Source: Promethearchaeota archaeon (GTDB taxonomy: Archaea; Asgardarchaeota; Lokiarchaeia; Sigyniarchaeales; SOKP01). Taken from it: 45,475 bases of DNA. The stretch is from the NCBI GenBank assembly GCA_019894975.1, contig JAGXNO010000030.1, forward strand, positions 1-45,475, written 5' to 3'. A program made the translations under genes and the position numbers. Below, in pieces: positions 1 to 8,755 of this stretch; position 1 is the first letter of the stretch; each line of letters opens with the position of its first letter. The notes beneath the pieces are model-generated. The model ran no database searches and was not told the origin of the DNA. It saw nothing but the letters and a program-made list of their open reading frames with translations.

Positions 1-1447
1 TAACAGCATAATCGCAAGGCTTTTTTTCTGGAACTTCTATATTGAGACTATTATCATCCAATGACCAGTTAAGATTTTTTTCAATTCCCAGCATTCTAAT
101 ATATTTGATATCTTCTTCTGAGATAATGTGTATTAGGCTTCTTTCCCTTTCGCCTTGAATATTAATGTAAGATTTTCTCAAAGTTGAAATTGTAAATACA
201 GCTCTATATGGCCAGCCTAAAACGATTGCATAAAGTGCGTTATCCTTTACAGTAAATCTAATATCATCAGGAGTGTAGGGACGATCTCCTCTTTCGGAGA
301 ACATACCACCTTCGCCCAATTTTGTAGGTCCTTCTTCAGCAATAGACCATGGTGTACTACCATAAATTGCCTCGCCGTTGATTTCTAACCATTTTCCCAT
401 TTCTAGAATTGCTTCTTTATGAAGTTCTGGTATTGTACCATCTGCTTTTGGACCGACATTAATTACTAAAGAACCATGTTTTGCAACTCTATCAACAAAA
501 TTATGAACAAGAACTCGGGGAGATTTTGTTCCAGCTTCTTTTGCATAGCCCCATGCGGTACTTTGAGCATTAAAATCAACAGACGTATCAGTAATCCATT
601 TATAATATGTCACTTTATTCGCTCGTCCTACTTCATAATCTACTACACCTAATCCTGGTGGAATATTATTCATTTTATAAAGAATTTCAACTTCTTTACC
701 CCACTCTATACCCTTATTAAAATAATATGCTAAAACTTCTTTTTTATATTTTTCATGAATCCGTCCTAGCCCAAAATCCCACCATATAAGATCGGGTTTA
801 TACTTGTCAATTACTTCAATCACAATATCCTTCCACCATTCGAGAAATTCTTTATTAGGCCACACTTGGTATCGTTTATATTTCCCTTCATATCTAACTC
901 CGTATAATCCAGCGTATTCTGGATTTGAAGTATCAAAGTTAGAATCTGATTGAGGAAAGAAAAACCAATTTGCAGCATGATGAAAAGCTACCATAAACTT
1001 CATACCCTGTTTTCTTATCGCTTTTTCCATTTCACCAACAGTATCTCTTTTTGGTCCCATATTTGCAGCATTCCATTTGGTTACCTTACTATCCCACATA
1101 GCAAAAGCGTCATGATGGATAGCTACAGGACCTGCGAATTTAGCTCCTGCATCTTTAAAGAGTTTAGCCCATTCATCTGGATTAAATTTTTCAGCTGTGA
1201 ATAAGGGTATTAGATCTTTATAGCCAAATTTAGAAGGGTCACCATAATTCTTCACATGATACTCATATTGGGGCGATCCTTTCCTATACATCCAAAATGG
1301 GTACCAACTGACATTAGGACCACATGCCGGAACAGAATAAACACCCCAATGATAGTAAATCCCAAATTTAGCATCGTCTAGCCATTCTGGAGTTCTGTGC
1401 TTCTTCAAGGAATTCCAAGTGGGTATATATTTTTCTTCTGAAGTCAT
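1..1447 (-). CDS. Alpha-L-fucosidase (GH29), runs off the left edge; not in ORF track
   Basis: Manual translation from ATG at 1447: MTSEEKYIPTWNSLKKHRTPEWLDDAKFGIYYHWGVYSVPA...; later GPVAIHHDAFAMWDS, KYKPDLIWWDFG (nucleophile Asp region), LVINVGPKADGTIP, WLEINGEAIY. No stop before position 1 (ends ...KKPCDYAV). Confidence 0.93.
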   Translation of the reverse strand, partial: MTSEEKYIPTWNSLKKHRTPEWLDDAKFGIYYHWGVYSVPACGPNVSWYPFWMYRKGSPQYEYHVKNYGDPSKFGYKDLIPLFTAEKFNPDEWAKLFKDAGAKFAGPVAIHHDAFAMWDSKVTKWNAANMGPKRDTVGEMEKAIRKQGMKFMVAFHHAANWFFFPQSDSNFDTSNPEYAGLYGVRYEGKYKRYQVWPNKEFLEWWKDIVIEVIDKYKPDLIWWDFGLGRIHEKYKKEVLAYYFNKGIEWGKEVEILYKMNNIPPGLGVVDYEVGRANKVTYYKWITDTSVDFNAQSTAWGYAKEAGTKSPRVLVHNFVDRVAKHGSLVINVGPKADGTIPELHKEAILEMGKWLEINGEAIYGSTPWSIAEEGPTKLGEGGMFSERGDRPYTPDDIRFTVKDNALYAIVLGWPYRAVFTISTLRKSYINIQGERERSLIHIISEEDIKYIRMLGIEKNLNWSLDDNSLNIEVPEKKPCDYAV

Positions 1448-1465
1448 AATAATTTCCTTTAAAGT

Positions 1466-2632
1466 TTATCGATCATAACTCTTTTTTAATAGATCATCTA
1501 CATCATCAGCTTTCGAAATTATTGCATGATTTTCATAATCGGGGAGTTTAAATGTATCTTCTACGATATCTTTTAATGCGCTTTCTGATACATCTCTTTC
1601 TTTAAAATTCATCCACATACCGATGTCTTTAAGGAATTTATCCATTTCATCAACGCATTTTTCAGCAGCAACTTCATCTGCTACATCAATTAATGCGGGG
1701 TTGAACATTCTTCCAACTATAGCATATTCCTTAATTAAATGCTTCCATGTCCACCGATTAATTTCTGGATACATGATTGCAAGTGCTTCTCCATGTGAAA
1801 TATGAGGTGCGCTTCCTCCAATAGCCATTCCCATCCCATGAGGTAATGTTACACCAGAATTATTAATAGCAAATCCTCCTAGAGTATTTGCCCAATGTAA
1901 AGCTTCTCTGACTTCTTTATTTTGCCCATCTTTTATCGCAATTGGTAAATTTTCGATTATAAGCTTCATTCCATTTAATGCGTGCATATCGACAATATCA
2001 GAAGAAGCTGAATTGTGTGTATATGCTTCAAATGAGTGACAAAATGCATCCCATCCAGTAGAAGCTGTAATATGGGGAGGTAATGTAAGAGTTAATTCTG
2101 GGTCTACTAATGCTACAGTTGGACATAACAATTTATCATAAAGGGCATATTTTAAATGAATATCAGTCTTCGAAACGACAGCTGCAGCTGTAACTTCAGC
2201 TCCTGTTCCTGCAGTAGTAGAAACTGCGATAATAGGAAGTAATTTATTTTCAATAGGTTTACCATCAATTACTCGATAATCCCATGCTTCGCCTTTATGA
2301 GTTAGTCCTACAGAAATGCATTTAGCAGTATCCATACTTGATCCTCCTCCAACACCTAAGACAACATCAACGTTATTCTTCTTTCCTATTTCTACTCCAG
2401 CATTAACATTATCTGTTGTTGGATTGGGTTGAACACCATTAAAATGAAACATCTCAACTCCTGAATCAGCACATAACTTTATTATCTTGTCATATATTGG
2501 ATCAAGTGCGGGAGTTGGCACTGTCACCATTAAGCAGCGCTTCCCATATTCTGAAATAATTTCTCCTATTTCAGAAATTCTACCCCAACCAAATAGAAGA
2601 TTGGTCGGATTGTAATAGTTAATATTTCTCAT
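1466..2632 (-). CDS. Iron-containing alcohol dehydrogenase
   Basis: GGGSSMDTAK and TTAGTGAEVT motifs; metal ligands in DAFCH, LPHG and HGEA. Confidence 0.93.
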   Translation of the reverse strand: MRNINYYNPTNLLFGWGRISEIGEIISEYGKRCLMVTVPTPALDPIYDKIIKLCADSGVEMFHFNGVQPNPTTDNVNAGVEIGKKNNVDVVLGVGGGSSMDTAKCISVGLTHKGEAWDYRVIDGKPIENKLLPIIAVSTTAGTGAEVTAAAVVSKTDIHLKYALYDKLLCPTVALVDPELTLTLPPHITASTGWDAFCHSFEAYTHNSASSDIVDMHALNGMKLIIENLPIAIKDGQNKEVREALHWANTLGGFAINNSGVTLPHGMGMAIGGSAPHISHGEALAIMYPEINRWTWKHLIKEYAIVGRMFNPALIDVADEVAAEKCVDEMDKFLKDIGMWMNFKERDVSESALKDIVEDTFKLPDYENHAIISKADDVDDLLKKSYDR

Positions 2633-2642
2633 TTTTATTCAC

Positions 2643-3674
2643 CTATTCATTATTTACATCAATAAAAACTTTCATTACTTTATCTTTTTTATCATCAATA
2701 AATTTATAAGCTTTACCATAATCCATGAAGGAAAAATGCTTAGTCATTAATGGTTCTAGCTTAATCTCCTTTGCAGCAACAAGCTCGATCGCTTTATTAT
2801 AATCAGCAGTTTTATACATTAAAGTTCCAATCAACCGAAGTTCACGATCCTGAACGAATCCAAGATCAACAGAAGGTTTGTCCCCAAAAACGCCTACAAG
2901 TACTATATCAGAACCTTTTCTTGCGTTTTCAATTGCTGCATCAATTGTTTCATTTGCGCCCACACATTCTATTATTAAATCTGCTTTGTCTGATCCAAAA
3001 GCTTTCTCAATTTCTTCTGAAATATTTTGCTTTGTTGGATTAATAGTATAATCGATTTCCACTTCTTTTGCTATATTTAATCGAAAATCACTCAAATCTG
3101 TAATCATTACAGACTTAGCACCTAAAGCTTTCGCAGTCTGTCCTACTAGGTTACCAATAGGGCCAGCACCTAATACTAAGATGTTAAATCCAGTAATATC
3201 TCCACCTTTTGATACTGCATGGACTGCTACTGCACAAGGTTCAATCATAGCACCTTGTTCATATGTCATATTATCGGGGAGCTTAATTATTTTTTCTGAA
3301 TGAACTTTAAAAAATTCTGATGCTGCTCCTGTTGTTTGGAATCCCATAACTTTAAGATCATCACAAATATGATACTTTCCATGAGTACATGGATAACATT
3401 GATCACAAACTACTTGAGGTTGAATAGTCACCTTATCCCCCGCTTCAAGATTCTTTACATTTGTACCTATTTTTTCAATTATCCCAGAAACTTCATGACC
3501 TTGGGTAACAGGATAATCCGTATACGGATGTTTGCCATGATAAACGTGTATGTCACTACCGCACACTCCAATCCTCATCATTTTTACAAGGACTTCATTT
3601 GTTCCCAATTCAGGAATTGGTATATCTCTAAACTCAATCTCACCCGGAGATGTCATTACTTCTTGTTTCATCAT
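2643..3674 (-). CDS. Zn-dependent medium-chain dehydrogenase (sorbitol/threonine/polyol dehydrogenase-like)
   Basis: CGSDIH, GHE, structural Zn site CDQCYPCTHGKYHIC, Rossmann GAGPIG. Confidence 0.92.
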   Translation of the reverse strand: MMKQEVMTSPGEIEFRDIPIPELGTNEVLVKMMRIGVCGSDIHVYHGKHPYTDYPVTQGHEVSGIIEKIGTNVKNLEAGDKVTIQPQVVCDQCYPCTHGKYHICDDLKVMGFQTTGAASEFFKVHSEKIIKLPDNMTYEQGAMIEPCAVAVHAVSKGGDITGFNILVLGAGPIGNLVGQTAKALGAKSVMITDLSDFRLNIAKEVEIDYTINPTKQNISEEIEKAFGSDKADLIIECVGANETIDAAIENARKGSDIVLVGVFGDKPSVDLGFVQDRELRLIGTLMYKTADYNKAIELVAAKEIKLEPLMTKHFSFMDYGKAYKFIDDKKDKVMKVFIDVNNE

Positions 3675-3806
3675 TTACACTTGAATATTTGCTTATAATT
3701 ATATTATTAAAAGATTAAATTTTTTTAATATTTTTAACATTAGCATTCTAAAAACCCTTAAAATTTAATCTACGTTTTAACTAAAAAAGGAAGAGAGAAA
3801 AATAGT

Positions 3807-5876
3807 ATGCAAGATCATTTAATAGCTCATTGGACTTTTAACGAAATTGTTGATGATAATTGTATTTTGGATACCGTTTCTAATAATAAGGATAAAGTAA
3901 TAGGATACATTGATCTCTTGGATGGAGTTGAAAGAAACGCTTTACGTCTTGATGGTTATACCACTCATCTAAAAATATCAAAAAATAGGTTTCCTGATAA
4001 TCTTGAACAATTCACCATTTCAGCATGGATAGCTAATGGTGCATATACATGGAACGAAGGACCTATAATCGAAAATTATGATGAGAAAAATGGTTTTTTT
4101 ATTGGTGTAACTGCTAATGGAAGAATCCGTTTCAGAGTACTTATCAATGGGGAAACTTTTAAAGTTGAAACGGAAGAAAAAACACCTCTCTTTAAGTGGA
4201 TGAATATTACAGGCGTATTTGATAATACTAGTGGAATGTTTCTATATATAAACGGGGAAGTGAAAGATTCTATAAATTTTAATGATCCAGTTGGGAAGGT
4301 AAGACTCCCTAATGATTTAATTAATATTGGTAGGGCTGCTAAAAATGTTCGTCCTACCAATGGGGTGAATAATGGTGGTCATTTTCCCTGTCCGATTTAT
4401 ATTGATGGAATTATAGACGAACTTAAATTTTTTGATACGGCTTTATCTATTAATCAGATAAAAGAAAGTTTCACAAAAATAAAGGATATAGGAGAACCAC
4501 CATTAGAAAAGCGTGGACTTCCAACACTTCCCAACGCTTCAAATAGATTCGGAGCTTATTATACGACACTTAGATACTATAAAGAATGGGATCGACTTTG
4601 GAGAATAAAAGATCACTCTGATATAGTTGTACTTTTCGATGAGATGCCTATTAAATATGTATTCTGGAGAGGTTTGAATTATATTTCTGCGTGGGTAACA
4701 GGAAATGGGATCTGGTATACTAATGAATTTAATGAGACGTGGGCAGACAAATTTGATCCAGATATTAACGGATGTGCCGAACCAATGTCCGATAAACAGT
4801 GCAAAACCTCGCATGTCAGAATAATTGAATCAAATGATGCTCGTGTAATTGTCCATTGGCGCTATGCCCTCATAGATACGAATTATAGACAAGGTAGAGT
4901 TGATCCTCTCACCAAATGGGGAGATTGGTCAGACGAATATTATGTAATTTATCCAGATGGTGTTGGAATTCGTGATATAACACTACATAGTTCTCAACCT
5001 ATGGAACCTCATGAATTTCAAGAATCAATAGTTATCTTAGGGGAAGGCATGTGTCCCGAAGATGCTTATGAATTAGATGCTGTCACTTTTTTCAACATGA
5101 AGGGAGAATCATATACGTATAGTTGGGAGAAGTTCAGTCCCAAATTCTTCTTGGCTCCGAGAGATAAGAATATTGAGATTATAAATGTAAAATCAGAACG
5201 AGTTCCATTTTTTGTCGTCCCTGATGGACCATGTACAGTTGCAGGTAAGCAATTTAATGGAAAGAAACGTCGTAACGCCTTTTTCTTTCCTTATGCTTAT
5301 TTTGTAAAAAGCGGTTCACACTTTCCTTGGTGGAATTCTTGGCCAGTCGCAAATATTCCTACAGATGGGAGATTTACCTGGGTTTCGGATCGTCCCTCAC
5401 ATACAAACGTTTCATCAATGGCAGAATGGGAAGATTATGAAGTTGGACCTGAATTGCGGAGGAGGATCATGCTACATGGCGTTTGGGATAAAAATGATAA
5501 AGAAAGTTTAGTTGATTTAGCTAAATCTTGGCTAAGACCCCCTGAGGTTGAATTGAATACTGATGCTTATAGTGATGGGGACTACGTACCTCATGAAAGA
5601 GCATATTATTTTACATGCATGGATCCTACTTCAAAAGCACCCCTTGATTTTAAAATTAACGCGAGTAAAGAGCATCCGATAGTGAATCTCGCGCTGGTAA
5701 TCCTAAATTTAGACAGTAATATTACTCTTAAAATCAACGATCAGGATGTATCTCGTGGTAAGAGCTTTCGATATGGAATACATCATGAGCTTAACGGTAG
5801 TAAAGCCTCAGTATGGGTTAAATTGAAAGCAAACACTCCTACTAAAATAGTAATTACTCCAAGAGATGAAATCTAA
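3807..5876 (+). CDS. LamG/concanavalin-A-like domain protein with a large uncharacterised C-terminal domain
   Basis: N-terminal ~220 aa carry LamG hallmarks (AHWTFNE, ALRLDG, FTISAWI, W..ITGVFD, LYING, GIIDELKFF). The remainder is Trp/Asp/Glu/His-rich and I cannot assign it. Confidence 0.75.
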   Translation: MQDHLIAHWTFNEIVDDNCILDTVSNNKDKVIGYIDLLDGVERNALRLDGYTTHLKISKNRFPDNLEQFTISAWIANGAYTWNEGPIIENYDEKNGFFIGVTANGRIRFRVLINGETFKVETEEKTPLFKWMNITGVFDNTSGMFLYINGEVKDSINFNDPVGKVRLPNDLINIGRAAKNVRPTNGVNNGGHFPCPIYIDGIIDELKFFDTALSINQIKESFTKIKDIGEPPLEKRGLPTLPNASNRFGAYYTTLRYYKEWDRLWRIKDHSDIVVLFDEMPIKYVFWRGLNYISAWVTGNGIWYTNEFNETWADKFDPDINGCAEPMSDKQCKTSHVRIIESNDARVIVHWRYALIDTNYRQGRVDPLTKWGDWSDEYYVIYPDGVGIRDITLHSSQPMEPHEFQESIVILGEGMCPEDAYELDAVTFFNMKGESYTYSWEKFSPKFFLAPRDKNIEIINVKSERVPFFVVPDGPCTVAGKQFNGKKRRNAFFFPYAYFVKSGSHFPWWNSWPVANIPTDGRFTWVSDRPSHTNVSSMAEWEDYEVGPELRRRIMLHGVWDKNDKESLVDLAKSWLRPPEVELNTDAYSDGDYVPHERAYYFTCMDPTSKAPLDFKINASKEHPIVNLALVILNLDSNITLKINDQDVSRGKSFRYGIHHELNGSKASVWVKLKANTPTKIVITPRDEI

Positions 5877-5878
5877 AA

Positions 5879-6325
5879 ATGAATGAGGAAAATGCATTAG
5901 AAATTTACCGTAAAATCAGAAGTAGGAATATCTTCGGAAAAGATCTTAAACCTTTTCTGGAAATGTTAAAGTATTTTACAAATAAATCTGAATATGCTGA
6001 AGATGAAATTTTTGGATGGGAAAAAATTGTACAAGTCAACTTAAGTGATGCTGAAAATTTCTACGTAAAAACTGATAATCCATTAGATGAACACCCTAAA
6101 TTAGTCATAGAATATGGAAATGCAGAATCTCCGAATACTATCGTAAATACTGATAAAAATTCATTTACAGGAATTATGTGCGAAAGAGTTTTGTTACCTG
6201 GTGACCCTCCCAGAGTTTTTGAGGTTAAAGGAGACACCACGCAGTCAATGATATTCTTTACTTTACTAATGCTTATCGGACAAGAATTTTGGGAACAAGA
6301 AAGGCAATCAAAGAAGAAAATTTGA
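5879..6325 (+). CDS. Divergent SCP2 sterol/lipid-binding-like domain protein
   Basis: Pattern VQVNLSD..NFYV..IEYGNAESPNTIV..FTGIM..FEVKGD resembles the SCP2 fold; 2-nt gap after the LamG gene. Confidence 0.55.
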   Translation: MNEENALEIYRKIRSRNIFGKDLKPFLEMLKYFTNKSEYAEDEIFGWEKIVQVNLSDAENFYVKTDNPLDEHPKLVIEYGNAESPNTIVNTDKNSFTGIMCERVLLPGDPPRVFEVKGDTTQSMIFFTLLMLIGQEFWEQERQSKKKI

Positions 6326-6374
6326 TATTTTCAAAATAAAAAGAAAAAGATTTTATTAAATAATGCAAAAGGAG

Positions 6375-7454
6375 TTATTGTACATACTTTATGGCAGTTT
6401 TCAATGATTTCTCTGCATCTTTAACTATAGTATCTATAATATCAGAGACAGATTCTATTTTATTTACAATTCCAATACTCTGTCCTATTAGAACGCCACC
6501 ATTCTCCATATCTCCTTGATACGCTGCAAAAGCTGCTTTTGCATCTTTTCTTAATTCTTCGGCAAGTTCATCTTCTGTTATTGCGGAGCGGTGATCAGTT
6601 AAAGCCTTTTCTTCTGCGATCTTTTCCTCTTTAGTTTTTACTAATCCTTTTGATAATGCAAACTTATTTCTCCAGTATCTAATAGTTCCAAGAGCACCTG
6701 TTCTTATAATTGTGTCTTGAGCTTTAGCAGGCGGCACTACATTCTTGTAGTTTTCATGGAATTCACTATCTTTAGACGCAATAAATCTAGACCCCATAGC
6801 AATTGCTCCTGCACCGAGAGATAAGGCTGCTGCCAACCCTGCTCCCGTTGCATATCCACCACACGCAATCCTTGGAATATCAGGATATTTTTGCTGAACT
6901 TGTTGCTGTAAAACCATACCTCCTACTTTTTCATAAGATTGATGGCCACCACCCTCGAATCCAGTAATTACTAGACCATCACATCCCGAAGCGACACTCT
7001 TGTCAGCTAACCAAAGTGCAGGAGAAACGTGAAAGTGTTTTATCTCCGTTGCTTTCCTTAATTTTTGAAATTCTTTATTTTCAGGCATTCTTCTTGATGA
7101 ACCCGCACTAGAAAGAGCATATAAACACTGCTCTCTCAGTTTAGGGTTAGCCATAATATGTTTTGCTGCTCCACTTATCAGGTTGTCGCAATCAACTATA
7201 TTTCTCGAAGTTATAATATTAAATCCAAAAATTCCATCAGTATGCTCTACAACATAATCAAGGTTTTTCTTTAACGCTTCTAAGTTATTTTTCTCATAGC
7301 CATCCATAGATACCGTTGTATGGGATATCGTACCAAGCCCACCTGCTTCTGCAACGGCAATGGCCAATTCGGTGGTTCTAAAAGGTCCCATCGGTGCATT
7401 CACGATTGGATGCTTTATTCCAAACATTTCAGTAATATTTGTTTTAATTGTCAA
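6375..7454 (-). CDS. Nitronate monooxygenase / FabK-like FMN-dependent oxidoreductase
   Basis: FGIKHPIVNAPMG, EAGGLG, EGGGH, IACGG, AMGSRF, GQSIG; TTG start preceded by AGGTGA. Confidence 0.9.
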   Translation of the reverse strand: MTIKTNITEMFGIKHPIVNAPMGPFRTTELAIAVAEAGGLGTISHTTVSMDGYEKNNLEALKKNLDYVVEHTDGIFGFNIITSRNIVDCDNLISGAAKHIMANPKLREQCLYALSSAGSSRRMPENKEFQKLRKATEIKHFHVSPALWLADKSVASGCDGLVITGFEGGGHQSYEKVGGMVLQQQVQQKYPDIPRIACGGYATGAGLAAALSLGAGAIAMGSRFIASKDSEFHENYKNVVPPAKAQDTIIRTGALGTIRYWRNKFALSKGLVKTKEEKIAEEKALTDHRSAITEDELAEELRKDAKAAFAAYQGDMENGGVLIGQSIGIVNKIESVSDIIDTIVKDAEKSLKTAIKYVQ

Positions 7455-7597
7455 ATTTTATCACCTTTTTTTTAAATTGAATTGGTTACTAAAAAAACTT
7501 ACTCTTTTGCAAATCAAATTAGGATACTTTATTACTTGATTTCAAGGATTTTTCAATCAGATTGATCTACAGTTTGGCGTGAAAATTAATAAGATAA

Positions 7598-8362
7598 TTA
7601 TTTTTCGATCCAATTATCTCTAATATCTTTAATAGCAGTTCCGGGCATAACACCTTTAGGACACACTCTATTACAAACGAAATATTTCTCGCATGCAGGA
7701 ACGGCATCATTTTGTAAGACTCGGGAAAGAACTGATTCTTTTCGACTATCAGATAGCCTAGAATCTCTTATGAATCTATCAGCTTTAGCCAATTGTGCAG
7801 GTCCAAGATAATTAGGATTTTCTTTACTAACAGGACATGCCCAACATAACCCACATAAAATACAATAAACTAATTTCTCTATAGATTTCATTTGATTAGG
7901 AGATTGAGAAGATTCGGGAGCTTTATCATTCCATCCTCTAGTGAAAAATGGCTCTACTTCCTTATAGAATTTCCAGAATGGATCCATATCAACAACCAAG
8001 TCTTTTAAAACATTCATATTAGGTAAAGGTTCGATTAAGATCTCAGTTTTTGGATCCCAATCTGGGTGGTCTCCAAAATTAAACTCGGGTAAATTAACTG
8101 GTTTCTTTGCAGATTTGGCTGTTGCAATTTGTGTTCTACAAGCTAATGAGGGCACTTTATCAATTGTTACACCGCAAGATCCACAAATTGCACCTCGACA
8201 ACTGTATCTAAAACTAAGTGTTGAATCATACCAATCTTGAATATAAAAAAGAGCATCTAATATAGAGATACTAGTCGAGGTTGGAACCGAAAATCTTTCA
8301 TAGTTAGGTTTTCCATCTTTCTTAGATAGACGATATATAAGGAATGTTTGAGATTCCTGCAT
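7598..8362 (-). CDS. sdhB: Succinate dehydrogenase/fumarate reductase iron-sulfur subunit
   Basis: SCRGAICGSC..LAC (2Fe-2S), CILCGLCWACP, CEKYFVCNRVCP, KDLVVD, YLGPA. Confidence 0.92.
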   Translation of the reverse strand: MQESQTFLIYRLSKKDGKPNYERFSVPTSTSISILDALFYIQDWYDSTLSFRYSCRGAICGSCGVTIDKVPSLACRTQIATAKSAKKPVNLPEFNFGDHPDWDPKTEILIEPLPNMNVLKDLVVDMDPFWKFYKEVEPFFTRGWNDKAPESSQSPNQMKSIEKLVYCILCGLCWACPVSKENPNYLGPAQLAKADRFIRDSRLSDSRKESVLSRVLQNDAVPACEKYFVCNRVCPKGVMPGTAIKDIRDNWIEK

Positions 8363-8384
8363 AAGTTTATTTCTGCGATGAAGA

Positions 8385-8400
8385 TAAATAAACTCTTTCT
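8385..8400 (-). promoter_or_regulatory. Putative archaeal BRE+TATA promoter for leaderless sdhB
   Basis: Minus strand AGAAAGAG-TTTATTTA, ending 22 nt before the sdhB ATG. AT-rich background weakens the call. Confidence 0.4.
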
Positions 8401-8442
8401 TAATAAATTAAAAATTTCTATAAGGATTGAAGAAGAAAAATA

Positions 8443-8745
8443 ATGATTAATACGGTTGGTGAGAGCGAAATACCACTAAAATAATATAATTATAAATATT
8501 CATTTCAATCTGAGTTAAATCAAATCAAATTTGAAGATAATGTAATAATTTTTAAACGGACAAAGCATCTAATGGGATCAATAATTTTAAATCAAAAAGA
8601 TGCTGTGAATAGTGATGAAGCTGAAATGGGATTGGAAGAATTACTTATACATCTGGAGAATATGTGCCCCGAACTGGAAGAAGATGTATTAGAGCGTGAA
8701 AAAATTGAATATCTTGTTAATGAATATTCAACAAATATTATGTAA
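8443..8745 (+). pseudogene. Degenerate small gene, longin/roadblock-like, with an in-frame TAA at 8482-8484
   Basis: One frame reads MINTVGESEIPLK*YNYKYSFQSELNQIKFEDNVIIFKRTKHLMGSIILNQKDAVNSDEAEMGLEELLIHLENMCPELEEDVLEREKIEYLVNEYSTNIM*. A 57-aa ORF remains from ATG 8572. Confidence 0.5.
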
Positions 8746-8755
8746 AGGCTTCAGC

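Noticed and set aside
950-1204. 84-aa + strand ORF in the track
   Set aside because: Antisense shadow of the GH29 fucosidase (1..1447, minus strand)
7598-8362. Thiol:fumarate reductase TfrB call
   Set aside because: Only 254 aa, with no CCG domains
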